The notes beneath the pieces are model-generated. The model made no database searches, was not told the origin of the DNA, and saw nothing but the letters and a program-made list of their open reading frames with translations. The translations under genes and the position numbers were made by a program. Of a stretch of 60,000 bases of DNA, positions 25,251-37,191 are shown in pieces (the first letter of the stretch is position 1; each line of letters starts with the position of its first letter). The stretch is taken from NCBI RefSeq assembly GCF_037042905.1, contig NC_087251.1:10108001-10168000 (forward strand), read 5' to 3'. The DNA is from Lytechinus pictus (taxonomy: Eukaryota).

Positions 25251-26680
25251 CAACCGCGTAGCCAGGATTTCATTTTGGAGGGGGCGGTAAATGCACGCAA
25301 AGCGTGCCAACACTTACAGAGCGCGCGAAGCGCGCTCCCTAGGGGGTGGGTGCAGGGAGGGGGAGTTTCCCCCTCTCGCGCGAAGCTTTCGGTGTTTCAT
25401 AAATTAAAATGAAAAGGAGCCGTCTATCTTGTCTCTAGTACCTGTATCAGCTCCAATTCAGTTGACTCTATTGTGATTTTGAATCTTGTTTTCAAAAGTG
25501 ATTGTGAATTAACACACAAAAAGGGATAAAATGAAGGAAATTATAATAATAATTACCCCGCGCGAAGCGCGGAAGCTCATGCATTTTATAATTTTTTGGC
25601 AAAGAAAAGGGTCCCGAAATAATGGTATTCTCTAAGTCATATTGAATGCTTCCCTCGGAAAGATCAGATTTGATTACAATTTAGCCACAGTGCATATCTT
25701 TAACTCGCAAAACAGAGGAGAAGATATGCCGGGAGGAAGATATTCTTCCCCGCGCAGAGCAATGAAACTCTGACATTTTAAAGGTCGGACGTTTCATTAC
25801 ATGCAGATATCTCTATACCCATCGGCTCTAATTCAATTGATTTTCTAAGACTATTTAACTTCATTACAAGGAAAATACCGCTCAAAAAGTTGAAACTTCT
25901 GTGATTTATTAAAATTATATAAAAAGGATGATGTATAATGTCTTTGACTAATCTTGAAGCGCTTCATTTTGAACGATAAAGAAACTTAAGTGTCATTCAA
26001 AATTTCAAACTGAGGGCGCAAAATAGGACAGGGCAGGGAAATGACATGAAATTTACTAGAATTTGATTTAAAAAATATTGTACTTTTTTATTTGATACGA
26101 CACGAATTTTATACCTTCTTTTTTTAAAATTAGAAACCTGTTTGCCCCAAAATTATGGTTATTAAATAATGAGCTGAAAAGCGGGAGAAGTTGCCCTAGT
26201 GGAGGTGACGGCAGAAATTGATATAAAGATTTGACCCGCCTGGAGTCGACCCGACCAGAAGTTTCGCGATCAATTTGAAAAAAAAAAGACTTCATACACT
26301 TCGGCCTAACCTTACTCTAATTCCATGCCCTCATGTATACATTTGAACTTGAACTGGCAAGAAACACGTATAGCTGAGGTGGAAAAACAGGGTTAGAGAA
26401 AGGGTGGGGGAAACAGAGGAGAACTGCAATATTGTCATTTATCCGCGCGCAGCGCGGAAGCAAAATTCATATATATAAATTTAGAGCAAGAGTGAAGGAG
26501 TTTCTCTTTTTGAAAAAAAAAAAAAGAATAAAAGGAAAAACCCACAAAGCTACCTTTCTTCCCTTTCTTCCCTTCGCTTTCCTTTTCTCCTCTCTTTTTT
26601 TCCCTTCTTTTTTTTCTTTTTGGGGACGTTTTTGGGGGGGCGACCGCCCCCACCGCCCCCCCCCCCTGGCTACGCGCCTG
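25251..26680. mobile_element. Non-autonomous hAT-type DNA transposon (1430 bp)
   Basis: TIRs caaccgcgtagccagg / cctggctacgcgcctg; perfect 8-bp TSD tctgatat at 25243-25250 and 26681-26688; repeated cgcgaagcgcg motifs; no transposase. Confidence 0.93.
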
Positions 26681-28153
26681 TCTGATATTTAGTATTGGTA
26701 TAGGAAAATCAAGCCAATGAAATTATAGGCTATGCAGTTGTTTTGCATGTTGCATGATAAAATTCACACATATTTTAGTTTTAAAGAAAGATTCAAGATT
26801 ACTGGGCTATTTTATTTTTAATTTCGTTAAGTATTAAAGTATAATCAAGATAGTTTCAAGTGTCAAATTTATTTGGTTTATTCATTCACAAAATATCAAA
26901 TATGACAAACCTAATACATCTACATGGAAGAAGGAAAATAGTCCAATACACAGAATGTCTCATAACACATTAAAACGTTCATGATGAATGATGAGAGGTC
27001 TAAGAAAGCATGGAGAAATGTTCCTCTCATTCTGATTGTATAATCACAGTTTTGATATTACTAGTACCTAGGCATAAACAGCCAACAAGTAATGACTTAC
27101 CTACTCAAACAATACTATCTGTATAAGTAACACAGGCTCATGAAATACATCATAGATTTTGTAAACACAGGGTGAAGTATTAACATGGCAAGAGACATAT
27201 TATGGAGGGGAGATGAACAAAAGGAAATATTACTTAGATATAAGATGAATTCACAAGACAAAAGCAAAAAATACATAATTTAGTATGCAGTGCAGTATTG
27301 AACAGAAACAAAATTGTGAAATTTCACATTCATCAATTAGGATATTGTGATATCTCTTGTAAGTAAATTATTGCACCAAGTTTCTTTTGCACTTCATTTC
27401 TTTTGCATATCAACAAATCACCTGGCAATGATATTTGCTTCTCTGTATCCATTGATGAATTAAATTGAATTCTACATATTATTAAGATACTTGATCATGT
27501 GGATATTCACTTTATGCAGCCTAAATCAGTGTAGTATTCCATTGTTTCAGTTCACCAAATTTTACTTTACTTATCAAAAGTAACCTGCTCAGATACCTGA
27601 CTAAACATACATGTTTTTTCATCAAGCAAAATATTTTTAGAGATTATAAATGTCAGCCATACAATGGACAAATTTGAGATTCTCTTGTGTGTAATAGAAT
27701 GTCTAAGTGTACCACCACTCAAAGATATATCACCCCTGTGAGGATTCATTCATATCAACTCAATTGACTTTCTGAAACATAGGGTCAAGTTCGTTTTAGG
27801 AGGTCTAATAAGAGAGCAAAATTGTAGTATGTACAGAGAGCCACTTAACACATTTTAAAGGGCATATGCATTGTGAAAAAATGTTTAGTACTATTCTTAT
27901 ATATAATGTACTTCACAAAAATAGGGTTTTTAAGGGCAATTGTCAGAAAGATATCATTTTAGAAAAGCAATTTGGCTCCTTAAAAGCTTTATATTAAAGT
28001 TTGTGGAATAGCATGAATGTCAAATTGTTAATCTTTGTATTAAGCACCTCATGAATTTTATACATAAAGATCTACTACACCATAAACACAATTTAAATAA
28101 CAATTTTGATTTAGAATTTGAAGCAAAAACAAACTTAATATTGGGTATTTTAA

Positions 28154-28739
28154 AGGACAAGTCCACTCCAACAAATAGTTGATTCAAATAAACAAGAAAA
28201 TCCAACAAGCGTGGCACTGAAAATTTCATCAAAATCAGATGTAAATTAAGAAATTATGACATTTTAAAGTTTTGCTTAATTTCACAAAATAGTAATATGG
28301 ACATCCTGGTCGGTATGCAATTAAGGAGACCGATAACATCATCCACTCACTATTTTTTCATTATGTATGAAATAATACATATTTTTTATTTTCTCTTTGT
28401 CATGGGAAAAAAATGTTTCAAGCCTCCCTGAATATGTGGAATTGCCATTGTTTTATCATTTTATGCTTCAGTGAGGTTGGTTGTTACTGTCAAATTTGTA
28501 AAAATTGAAATATTGTATAATTCAAACAATATAAAACAAAAGAAATAATGAGAGACATCACCGACTGTCTCATATTCATATCACTGAGTTGTGCATATAA
28601 CTGTTTTGTGAAAAATAAGCAAAACTTTAATCATAACTTTCTTATATTACATCCGAATTTAAATAAATTTTCACCATTATGCTTGTTTGCTTTTTCTATA
28701 TTGATTTAAATCATCATTTTTCTTGGGTGGAGTTGACCT
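28154..28739 (-). mobile_element. Palindromic Kolobok/T2-type MITE (TTAA TSD), family A
   Basis: ttaa|aggacaagtccac ... gtggagttgacct|ttaa; long inverted arms; inverted relative to the 43190 copy (strand label is arbitrary). Confidence 0.88.
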
Positions 28740-29649
28740 TTAAGGTAATTCTGGATCTTTGTGCTTAAATTACAGACTCAAAGAAGTTTGTCCTCTTATG
28801 TGAAGGACTTGATACTTGTTAAAATCATTAGATTTATTTCCATTTCCTGAACATTTTTTCAGCTACATATGTCTTTGATGAAGTTTACTCAGTCTGAAAA
28901 AATACAAATAATTGATATATACCTCTAGCTCTGCTATTTTAAGACCTTCTGATAGAAGTGACCTTGCTATTCTGCGGATGCCTTCTGAAGTCTTTTGGGT
29001 GGCCTGGAGCGCTTTGACTTTGAGAGAAGTAAACGTACTTGGTAGGAATGCATCCCATGTTGAGAAAGCACAAGTCACTGTACTCATCCAGTATTCATTA
29101 ATAACTTCCATCTTTATAATGCTCATTGTCTAGCTGTGGTTCTAATGAGGAGAGTAGAATGAGGGATGAGATATGAATGAAGGACAAAGCTTGTTGGGGC
29201 TTTGACCTTTGATGCTGTGGTGTCAGAATCCAGGGGTACAATGAGGGCTGAAGATGTGCACACTAGACTAGAGCCAGTCTTGACAGAGGTTTTGCTCTTT
29301 TGGCAATTTTGAATATCCTTCCATAATTTTGTTCTTTGTTTTTAATATCACTCTGTAGCGTGTCCATTCATCAAATGTCTGAATGTCATTCGTTACAAAC
29401 ATGTACTTTACATGCCTTAAAATCTTTTACCTTGAACTTAAAATACCAGTAAGTCAGAACTTTAGAAAAGAAGATAATTTGGACCTTGCTGTATTTTGGA
29501 ATTAAGGAATTCTGAGGTCTAACCTAATAATAACTTATTATTTGTTCAATGAATGGTTCTTTAAAATGAAATTTGATCATGAAGCCAAAATTTGGTAAAT
29601 TGATGTCTTCTGGAATTGGTAAAGCTTCTCTCCTCTTACAAAGTCTTGA

Positions 29650-30120
29650 GGGATGTTGTAACAATTATAATCAATTGCAAGTTAGTTTCAGGTCTCCAAA
29701 ACAATCATACATGTATCAGTCTTTCAATTAATCACAAATTTGAAATTGATTGTAATCCAGCATCATGCAACAGGAAGTTTGGATTTCCTACACTCTTAAA
29801 ACAAATCAGTCAAATTGAATAGAACATTAGTCAGCTGGGTGCAACTGATATGGCAATCACTTCATTTCTGACATATATTCTAGTCAGAAATAACTTTGTT
29901 CTAGTAAAGTGTGGCAAGAAAATAGTCAAATATGACTAGAATAACAGTTGCACCCAGCTGACCCTACAGCTAGTCATTTTTAGAGTGTATAGTTAGAACT
30001 ATTGTATCAGTTGTAATTGAAATTTGCAATTGATTCCTACTTTGCATTGAAGTTTATAATCAATTGCAACTTTGTCATTGAAATTTGTGATCGATTGCAA
30101 ATGAGTTTCTTGCAATACCC
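29650..30120. mobile_element. Decayed Harbinger-like MITE hosting a nested MITE
   Basis: gggatgttgtaa / ttgcaataccc termini; repeated aatcaattgcaa motifs on both sides of the insertion. Confidence 0.55.
29791..29987. mobile_element. CACT-terminated MITE with TA flanks
   Basis: ta|cactcttaaaa ... tttttagagtg|ta; perfect 18-bp internal IR gtcagctgggtgcaactg / cagttgcacccagctgac. Confidence 0.82.
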
Positions 30121-30771
30121 TTTAAAGTGCATCCCACCTTTGTAACATATGTTTAGTGATAAACACAACTCAGTCTTTGTCATGGTTTCCTACTGTTGCC
30201 CGTTAAGTTCATTGATCCCGGTCACAAGAAGCAAGTTGATTTCATCTACTTTTAATCATTAAAATAAATGGAAACCTGCATTATCATCACAAGTTTTCCA
30301 TTGTTTTTTTTTTTTTTTCTGGCCAGTGCTCAGGTTGCACTTTTAGATTAATGTTTTTTTGACATTTGAAATTTATTTCAAATTCAAATGTTTCCCAAAA
30401 GTAGTGGCCATGTAATTGATAACAGTTTGTTCCCTATTAGGGTCAGGATTTGCAGACTCATAAGTGTGACCATGACGTAAAGAACATATAATTTGAAGTT
30501 TAACTTTTAACATTGCACAATAAATTGTTGAGCATGCAATTGCTAGTCATTGACTTATAAAAATAAAAAGTATGAAATAAGTGAATAGCATCCAGATTTA
30601 TTGATCAATCAATAACAGAAGTTGTTGTCGAGCATTTATGGAGACAAAAGTGGATAAATGAATATTAATAGACTGAAACAAGAGGGTTCAAAAATGTAAA
30701 ATGTTTTTTACTATTATATTTTGTAATGTGTGAATTGACTCATTGATTGAGGTAGAATATGACCTTAGGGA

Positions 30772-31805
30772 TTTATCATGTCTCCCAATAGGCGCCGCTT
30801 TTCCGACGGTGGCGACTGCGTCGTCAACATTGAAATCTTAACCTTGGTTAAGTTTTTGAAATGTCATCATAACTTAGAAAGTATATGGACCTAGTTCATG
30901 AAACTTGGAAATAAGGGTAATGAAGTATTACTGAACATCCTGCCTGAGTTTCAGGTCACATGACCAAGGTCAAAGGTCATTTAGGGTCAATGAACTTAGA
31001 CCATGTTGGGGGAATCAATATCGAAATCTTAACGAAGGTTAAGTTTTTGAAATGTCATCATAACTTAGAAAGTATATGGACCTAGTTCATAAAACTTAGA
31101 CATAAGGGTAATAGTATATTACTGAATATCCTGCCTGAGTTTCACGTCACATGATTTAGGTCAAAGGTCACTTAGGGTCAACAAACTTTGGCCATGTTGG
31201 GGGTATTTAAGGAATTGTCATCATAACTTTAGAAGTTTATGGATCTAGTTCATGAAACTTGGACATAAGAGCAATCAAGTATCCTTGAACATCCTGTGCT
31301 AGTTTCAGGTCACATGACCAAGGTCAAATGTCATTTAGGGTCCACAAACTTTGGTAATGTTGGGGGTATTTGTGGAATTGTCATCATAACTTTAAAAGTC
31401 TATGGATTTAGTTCATGAAACTTGGATATAAGAGCAGCAATGTATCCCTGAATACCCTGTGTGTTTCAGGAACATGGCCAAGATCAAAGGTCATTTAAAG
31501 GTCAATGAACTCTGGTCATGTTGGAAGTATGTGTTGAATTGGCATTATAACTTAGGAAGTTTATGGTACTTGCTCATGAAACATCAACATAAGGGTAATC
31601 AAGTATTAATGATTGTTTTGCACATGTCTTAGGTCACATGATCATGGTCAAAGGTCATTTTGGGTCAATGGACATAATATTTTATTATCATATTAGTGTT
31701 TTATTCTGTGAATAATTATTCATTAGCTGTTTTTCAAAGGAAGCACTGCTGCTGTATCAAATTGCGTAATGCAGGCAAGACTGCCAGAGGCGTTCCACTT
31801 GTTTT
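30772..31805 (+). mobile_element. Helentron-associated (HINE/pearl/Tsp-like) tandem-repeat element
   Basis: Head with ggcg/cgtcgtc microsatellite-like sequence; five 161-191-bp units (anchors 30862, 31053, 31216, 31379, 31540); tail tgcaggcaagac plus short hairpin plus cttgtt in a T-rich site. Confidence 0.8.
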
Positions 31806-33472
31806 AATTTTAAATTATTATATAGTTGTTGTCTTTGGGATATTTGTAATTCTATGCAGAAACTTAACATCTGCTTTGATAGCATTTTCTTTGCAGCAAA
31901 GTAGAATATATTCATTATGAGGAATGAATATAAAATATTGAGTAAAATAATCAAAGTATCAAAAGATTTTCAAGATATTGTGATGGAGGTATTTTAGTAG
32001 ATACATGAAATATCAAGCTTCATGTGCAATGGCAATTATTGTGACTGACATTTATTGTTATTTTTCAAATAGAATAAAGGAAATTTGATCATATGCCCCA
32101 AATACAAAAAAAAAATACTCAAATACAAATATAAATTTGAGTCAGAGAAACTTGTCTTTATCAGAGGTTAGTATCCTTTAAAATTTGGTTCAGGAATAGT
32201 TTTTGCTCTGGTATTATTTACAATATATTTGATTGATATGCATCATTGTCCCCCATCGAATGATACCTTTGATACAGACAGGTAGCAAAACCATATTTTT
32301 ACGTCATGAAGTACGAATTGAATTCACAGATGTCTCTTCTTAGAATTGTTTTGACCAGATTTTTGATATCCGGAATACAGAAGATATATCTGGTCTTAAT
32401 TGAATTAGGAAAAACATGAGGCACTGAATTCTCTATTCATGAATGTATTTGAACCCAAATCTTGATCCCATCCTATATATCCACGTCATATACCTTGAGG
32501 AGAGGATCTTGATACAGCTGATGGGTTGATTGACATTTGTAATGTATGGACAATATATGGTTAAGCCTAAGGTCACTGTGTTTGGTCACCTGAAATGAAC
32601 TTGCTAGTTCTATTGTCCTGTATGACAAATTGAATTAGAATTCTGGTAATCTCTCAATGAATTAAGTTTTTGTTTTTTTTAAGTTAGAACCAAGTGTTTT
32701 GAAGAATGTGAACTAGAAATGTATCAATAATATTAATTTAGTTTTTAATTTTTGTAAGGTCGATCTATTTCACAAAGCTTCCTGTGGAATTTAGATGCTT
32801 ATTTTGATCTTGTATCAGTATGAGGATACTGTATTTATCGTTGAGATTTATAGTGTGTGCATTACTTGAAATTGGTTGTTTTATTTGTAAATCAATCTCT
32901 GCTTAACTTGACTTGGTAGATGATAAATGTCATCAGACGGATAACATTCATTTACTTTCGTTTAACATGAGTCACCTCTGACCATATTATACTAATAAGG
33001 AAAAATCAACAAACATCAAACAAGTTCACAGGAATCTTATGTAGGTAACATTCTACATAAATTTGGCGTACATTTCAATATCCATAATTTTAACACAAAC
33101 AAAATCAGATAAGGCAGTTTTGAAAAACATTTTCATTTTTTTTGTCATTTTTTTTAAATTGTGTTATGTAAGATTTAAAGCTGTGAATAGTTTTTTCAGG
33201 TTTCCTGCTCATTTATACCTACCTTTATTCTCTCTTTATATCTTTTTTCAAATTCTTTCAATTTTTTTTAATCACTAAATGCAAATTCCACATGATCAAA
33301 CTTGAAACAACCAGTTTATCACTCACAGTATACTGCAATATCTCGAGCACCCTGCTCTTACTGTACGTGTACCATTGAGTTATCTTGGTTTAATTGTATA
33401 TCCATGCTCATATTTCATTTGCCTTTTTTTATGTATCTTATATCTTTTTGAAAATTGTTCCTGAATATTTAA

Positions 33473-34056
33473 AGGAGAATGAAACTCTTGGAGCAAGTTA
33501 GCTTTTGTGAAAGCAGAAAAATCAAAGAATAAGATCAACAAAAGTTTGAGTAAAATAGGACTAGCAGTAGAAGAGTTATGAGCATTTGAATGTCGAGATC
33601 ACTAATGCTATGGAGATCCTCCCATTGGCAATACGACCAAGATCTATGATGTCACAGATGAACAACTCTCCCCTTTTGGACACTGAAAATATACCCCAAA
33701 ACATCTCTTTTTGCTCATTCTAATCATATGACAAACGATTCATCAATGATATAATGTTGTTAAACCTCTGTACTTGTCCTCTCATAAAGAGAACACCTCA
33801 CCTTGTGATAGACTCTATAAAAGTGAGAATATAAGTGAAATAAGTACTAAAGTAATGAGGGAGTTGTACGTGTGTGACATCACAGATCTTGGTCGCATTG
33901 CCAATGGCAGGATCTACATGGCATTAGTGATCTCAATATTCAAATGCTCATAACTTTCTTATTATTCATTCAATCTTCCTCAAACTTTCAACAATATGTT
34001 TCTTTGATATTTCTCTTTGATATGGATTCAGCTGGTTTCAAGGGTTTCATTCTCCT
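33473..34056. mobile_element. Palindromic Kolobok/T2-type MITE (TTAA TSD), family B
   Basis: ttaa|aggagaatgaaac ... gtttcattctcct|ttaa; inverted arms of about 190 bp. Confidence 0.9.
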
Positions 34057-34475
34057 TTAAGGTTTTTTTTTTCTAGAGATATAAAATATGATAAATTTGA
34101 ATGACAAAAATAATTTTAGAAATCAACCACTACAAAGAGAAGGTTTGTATTCCAGTCTTCAAGTTTTAAATATGATGATGAATTAATAAAATATATAAAA
34201 AACTATACTTTTTCCAGAATAAGATTGAAATCACAACTGCTAAGTTAATAAGTTTCTTATGCCTCTAAAATTATCAACATAACAGTACCAGTTAGCCAGT
34301 TACCAAAGGTACATCTTTCATTCTGGTCCTTTTATGACATAATCATTGTTTGACCTGAAAACATGGCTTTCTTCTTTTGAAACTTTCCACTGCCTACCTG
34401 TCACCTTAACAATAATTTTGTCATGCTTTTGCAATCAACCCTAATTTTCCATCTTTTGTTTGATTGTATCACCAG

Positions 34476-34633
34476 GGAGGAATCCGATGTCTGCAGTTTG
34501 ACGAGACTCGGATAGTCTCTGGATCATGGGACATGTCAGTTATGGTCTGGGATGTGGTAAGGTTTGAACTGATGGCGGAACTCACCGGCCACACAGGCGT
34601 TGTATCGTGTCTCCAGTTCAACGACCGTCTCCT
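34476..34633 (+). CDS. WD40 gene, window exon 7, WD repeats 2-3 (GGIRCLQFDETRIVSGSWDMSVMVWDVVRFELMAELTGHTGVVSCLQFNDRL)
   Basis: accag acceptor, gtaagt donor; phase 0/2; CLQFD..RIVSGS.D motif typical of beta-TrCP/FBXW7 repeats. Confidence 0.96.
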
Positions 34634-35859
34634 GTAAGTTGGTATTCTTAACCTATGGACTATGGGGACAGGGTTCCTCCTGTGTTTAATTTAACAGGAT
34701 TTACTGATTTCAGTGATCAAAGAGTTAATCTGGACAACATTTTAATGTAACTGTTATAAGCTACTAAAACAGCTCTGGTTGCCTGAGAGCAAATGTTTCA
34801 GTGTAGACAAATTAAATGCCCCTGAGATTGATTCTAGATTCTGATATACTGTTAAATTTGCTGAAAGGAGGATGCCTTCACAGAGAACTAATTAATTCAT
34901 GATTTGAATCTTTCTAGTAACAATATTTATCAGTTGTATGTAACATTTATTTCTTTATTGCAGTTTAATATCACATTTCTTCTGCCTAAATTGTGTTTTT
35001 ATATGATTTGATGTGAAAGCATTTGGCCACCTAACACTAAAGAGATGATTTAGGTCTGACCAGGGCCAACATTACTCTATTGAGAAAGGGACCAAAGCTT
35101 TTGATGAGCTCATATCCAATACATGCATGTGTGTGAAGTTGTGGCAGATGGTATGGCGTGGTCAAGTCTTGGCAATGTCAAAGACATTAATTAAGAAGAC
35201 TATGGCGCCAGAATCTTGAGTTAGATTAAATTATCTTCAACAAAATTTTTTTCTCAAAATGGCGACTTTTATAATACAGTTAAAAGTGACTTGTATAGCT
35301 ATCAAGTTAGAATGTCAGAATTTTTTATTGGTTAAATCGGTTACGTGTTTATGATTTCTGATGTTGGTGTTGTACAAAGACTCCATTATTGCAGATAAGA
35401 GATACACCCAGTGACTTTTGAAAGAGATTTCAACTAAATGTCAGAAGAGGTTATGCAAACAAAATTAAGTTTCCTCTTTCTCCCAAATTTCAATGAATTT
35501 TCTTTTTTCTCTCTTTAGAAATTGTTCTTTGTAAGGTGTTATGAAGACCCTGTGACACTGTAACCCCTGTATTCAATGGTCTTTTACAAACATGCAGATT
35601 TGCACTGGAATAGGTGACAGAGTAGGGGATGGAATTAAAGAGCGTGAAAAATTGAATCCATTTTTCTTTCATGTCATCTGTTCATTGATCATGTTTTATT
35701 GTGGTTGAAATAGCTGTTAGTCATCTGCCAAATATCAATTGATGACACACTGCTATTCTATGAATGCACTTAATGTGATTTGAATCTAGCCAATTACACA
35801 AACCGGTGCATGGACATAACTTGACATTAAATTCTCCCAGTTGAATGTACGTGATGCCT

Positions 35860-36810
35860 GGGTTGAATGCTTTCGTGACAACAGAAATTTATAGATGTAA
35901 TTCATCCTTCGTGTAAAGAGAAACATAAATCATACTCATCTCGATGATTCAGATACATTAAATCCAAAATAATCCAGAGTTTTCTTTCCTGTATTCAAAA
36001 TGTATCCGACTGTTAGATTTCTTTTGGCAGAGACATGTGACTGAAAGCAAATTGTTGATAATACTCAACAAAATGTCTGGGAAGACAATCGAACCTGCAT
36101 TCTGGAATGCTTCAGTGAGATTGATTATGAAAAAGTATAATGATCCAACTGACCTCTTGAAATATAACATGGGAGATATCAACAGTCTTGTGACTGGCAC
36201 CAACTATAGAGACAATAGAAATGGGTGTTGTGGAATAGTTTATTAGGAGTAATTAAGGATGACATCATTGATGTCTTCCAGTCTTCCTTGACTAATGGAC
36301 CAATTTTCGGAAGTTTCCTATTCGTCTTACAGCATCGCAAACCCAGACAATAGAAGCACATGAAAACAAGATATACATTGTCCAGATTTCATTTCTACCA
36401 TAATCACAATGCCCATTTTAGATTAAAACCACTACTTTTGTAGAAGACATTGCAAGTGGATATCTCTGGGAGGTTGAAGAAGACCAGGCCTTAGACGAAA
36501 TGGTGAATCCACCTTGTCTTTTGACTCCACTACAGATTATGTTATTAAATATTGAAGGTTGTAATTTTTTTACATGCGGTAGTCTCACACCTGCTGTTTG
36601 ATGCGGAAGATGCGTAATGCTAGAGGACGTATTCACAAGTTTTAAGAGAGTCCGATCTGATGTCTAGCATTCTAGGGGCCACTTGATTCTCGCCATCCTT
36701 TCTGTTTCTTCTATTGGCTTCTATACTTGAGTTCTGTAGACTCTCTTGACTGTTTCATTAACTGGATTTTAGCCAGACCATGTCGCCAGGTTCCATTCTC
36801 TTATTATCAG
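35860..36810 (+). mobile_element. Highly decayed RTE-clade non-LTR retrotransposon (RT fragment)
   Basis: Collinear frameshifted remnants FRDNR..FILR (~35872), SC.LAPT (~36186; GVRQGC.LAP motif), DDI (~36258), VVSHLLFDAE (~36579; LLYG.ETW motif), ILG (~36669) and HVAR (~36779). Boundaries approximate. Confidence 0.65.
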
Positions 36811-37155
36811 TGAGGCGGGGCTGCGTTATAACTTGTCATTTAAATTGTGATAGGCTGTTCTAGGCTTTACAAAGAAGACTGCTCCACTTATGTCTGTATT
36901 AATTTCCTCTAGTCAGTTCAACGTGTTGCTGTCTTCCGTAGTGCTACCTCGTCCATATCACTTTAATTCTGAGCAGTTTCGCTTCACCTCCTTTCCTTTT
37001 GTAATCTTTCTTTTTGTACCTTGTTTCTTCATAAGGATGTATTCTTTATAACCATTGTGTGTGGTTTATAGTGTTATAGGTCTAAACCTCCATTTTATTT
37101 GTCAACAATACCTATTTGTAGTATATTTTTTTAAACTATAGGCCTCTATATCTTA

Positions 37156-37156
37156 C

Positions 37157-37190
<34 letters not shown>
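37156..37190. repeat. poly-C plus (CT)n microsatellite
   Basis: C run followed by ctctctctctctctctctctctct. Confidence 0.9.

Positions 37191-37191
<1 letters not shown>

Noticed and set aside
35815..36640. Minus-strand LINE endonuclease (LGEFN-like) and the 36418-36636 ORF
   Set aside because: An isolated chance match; collinear RTE reverse-transcriptase motifs on the plus strand explain the region better.
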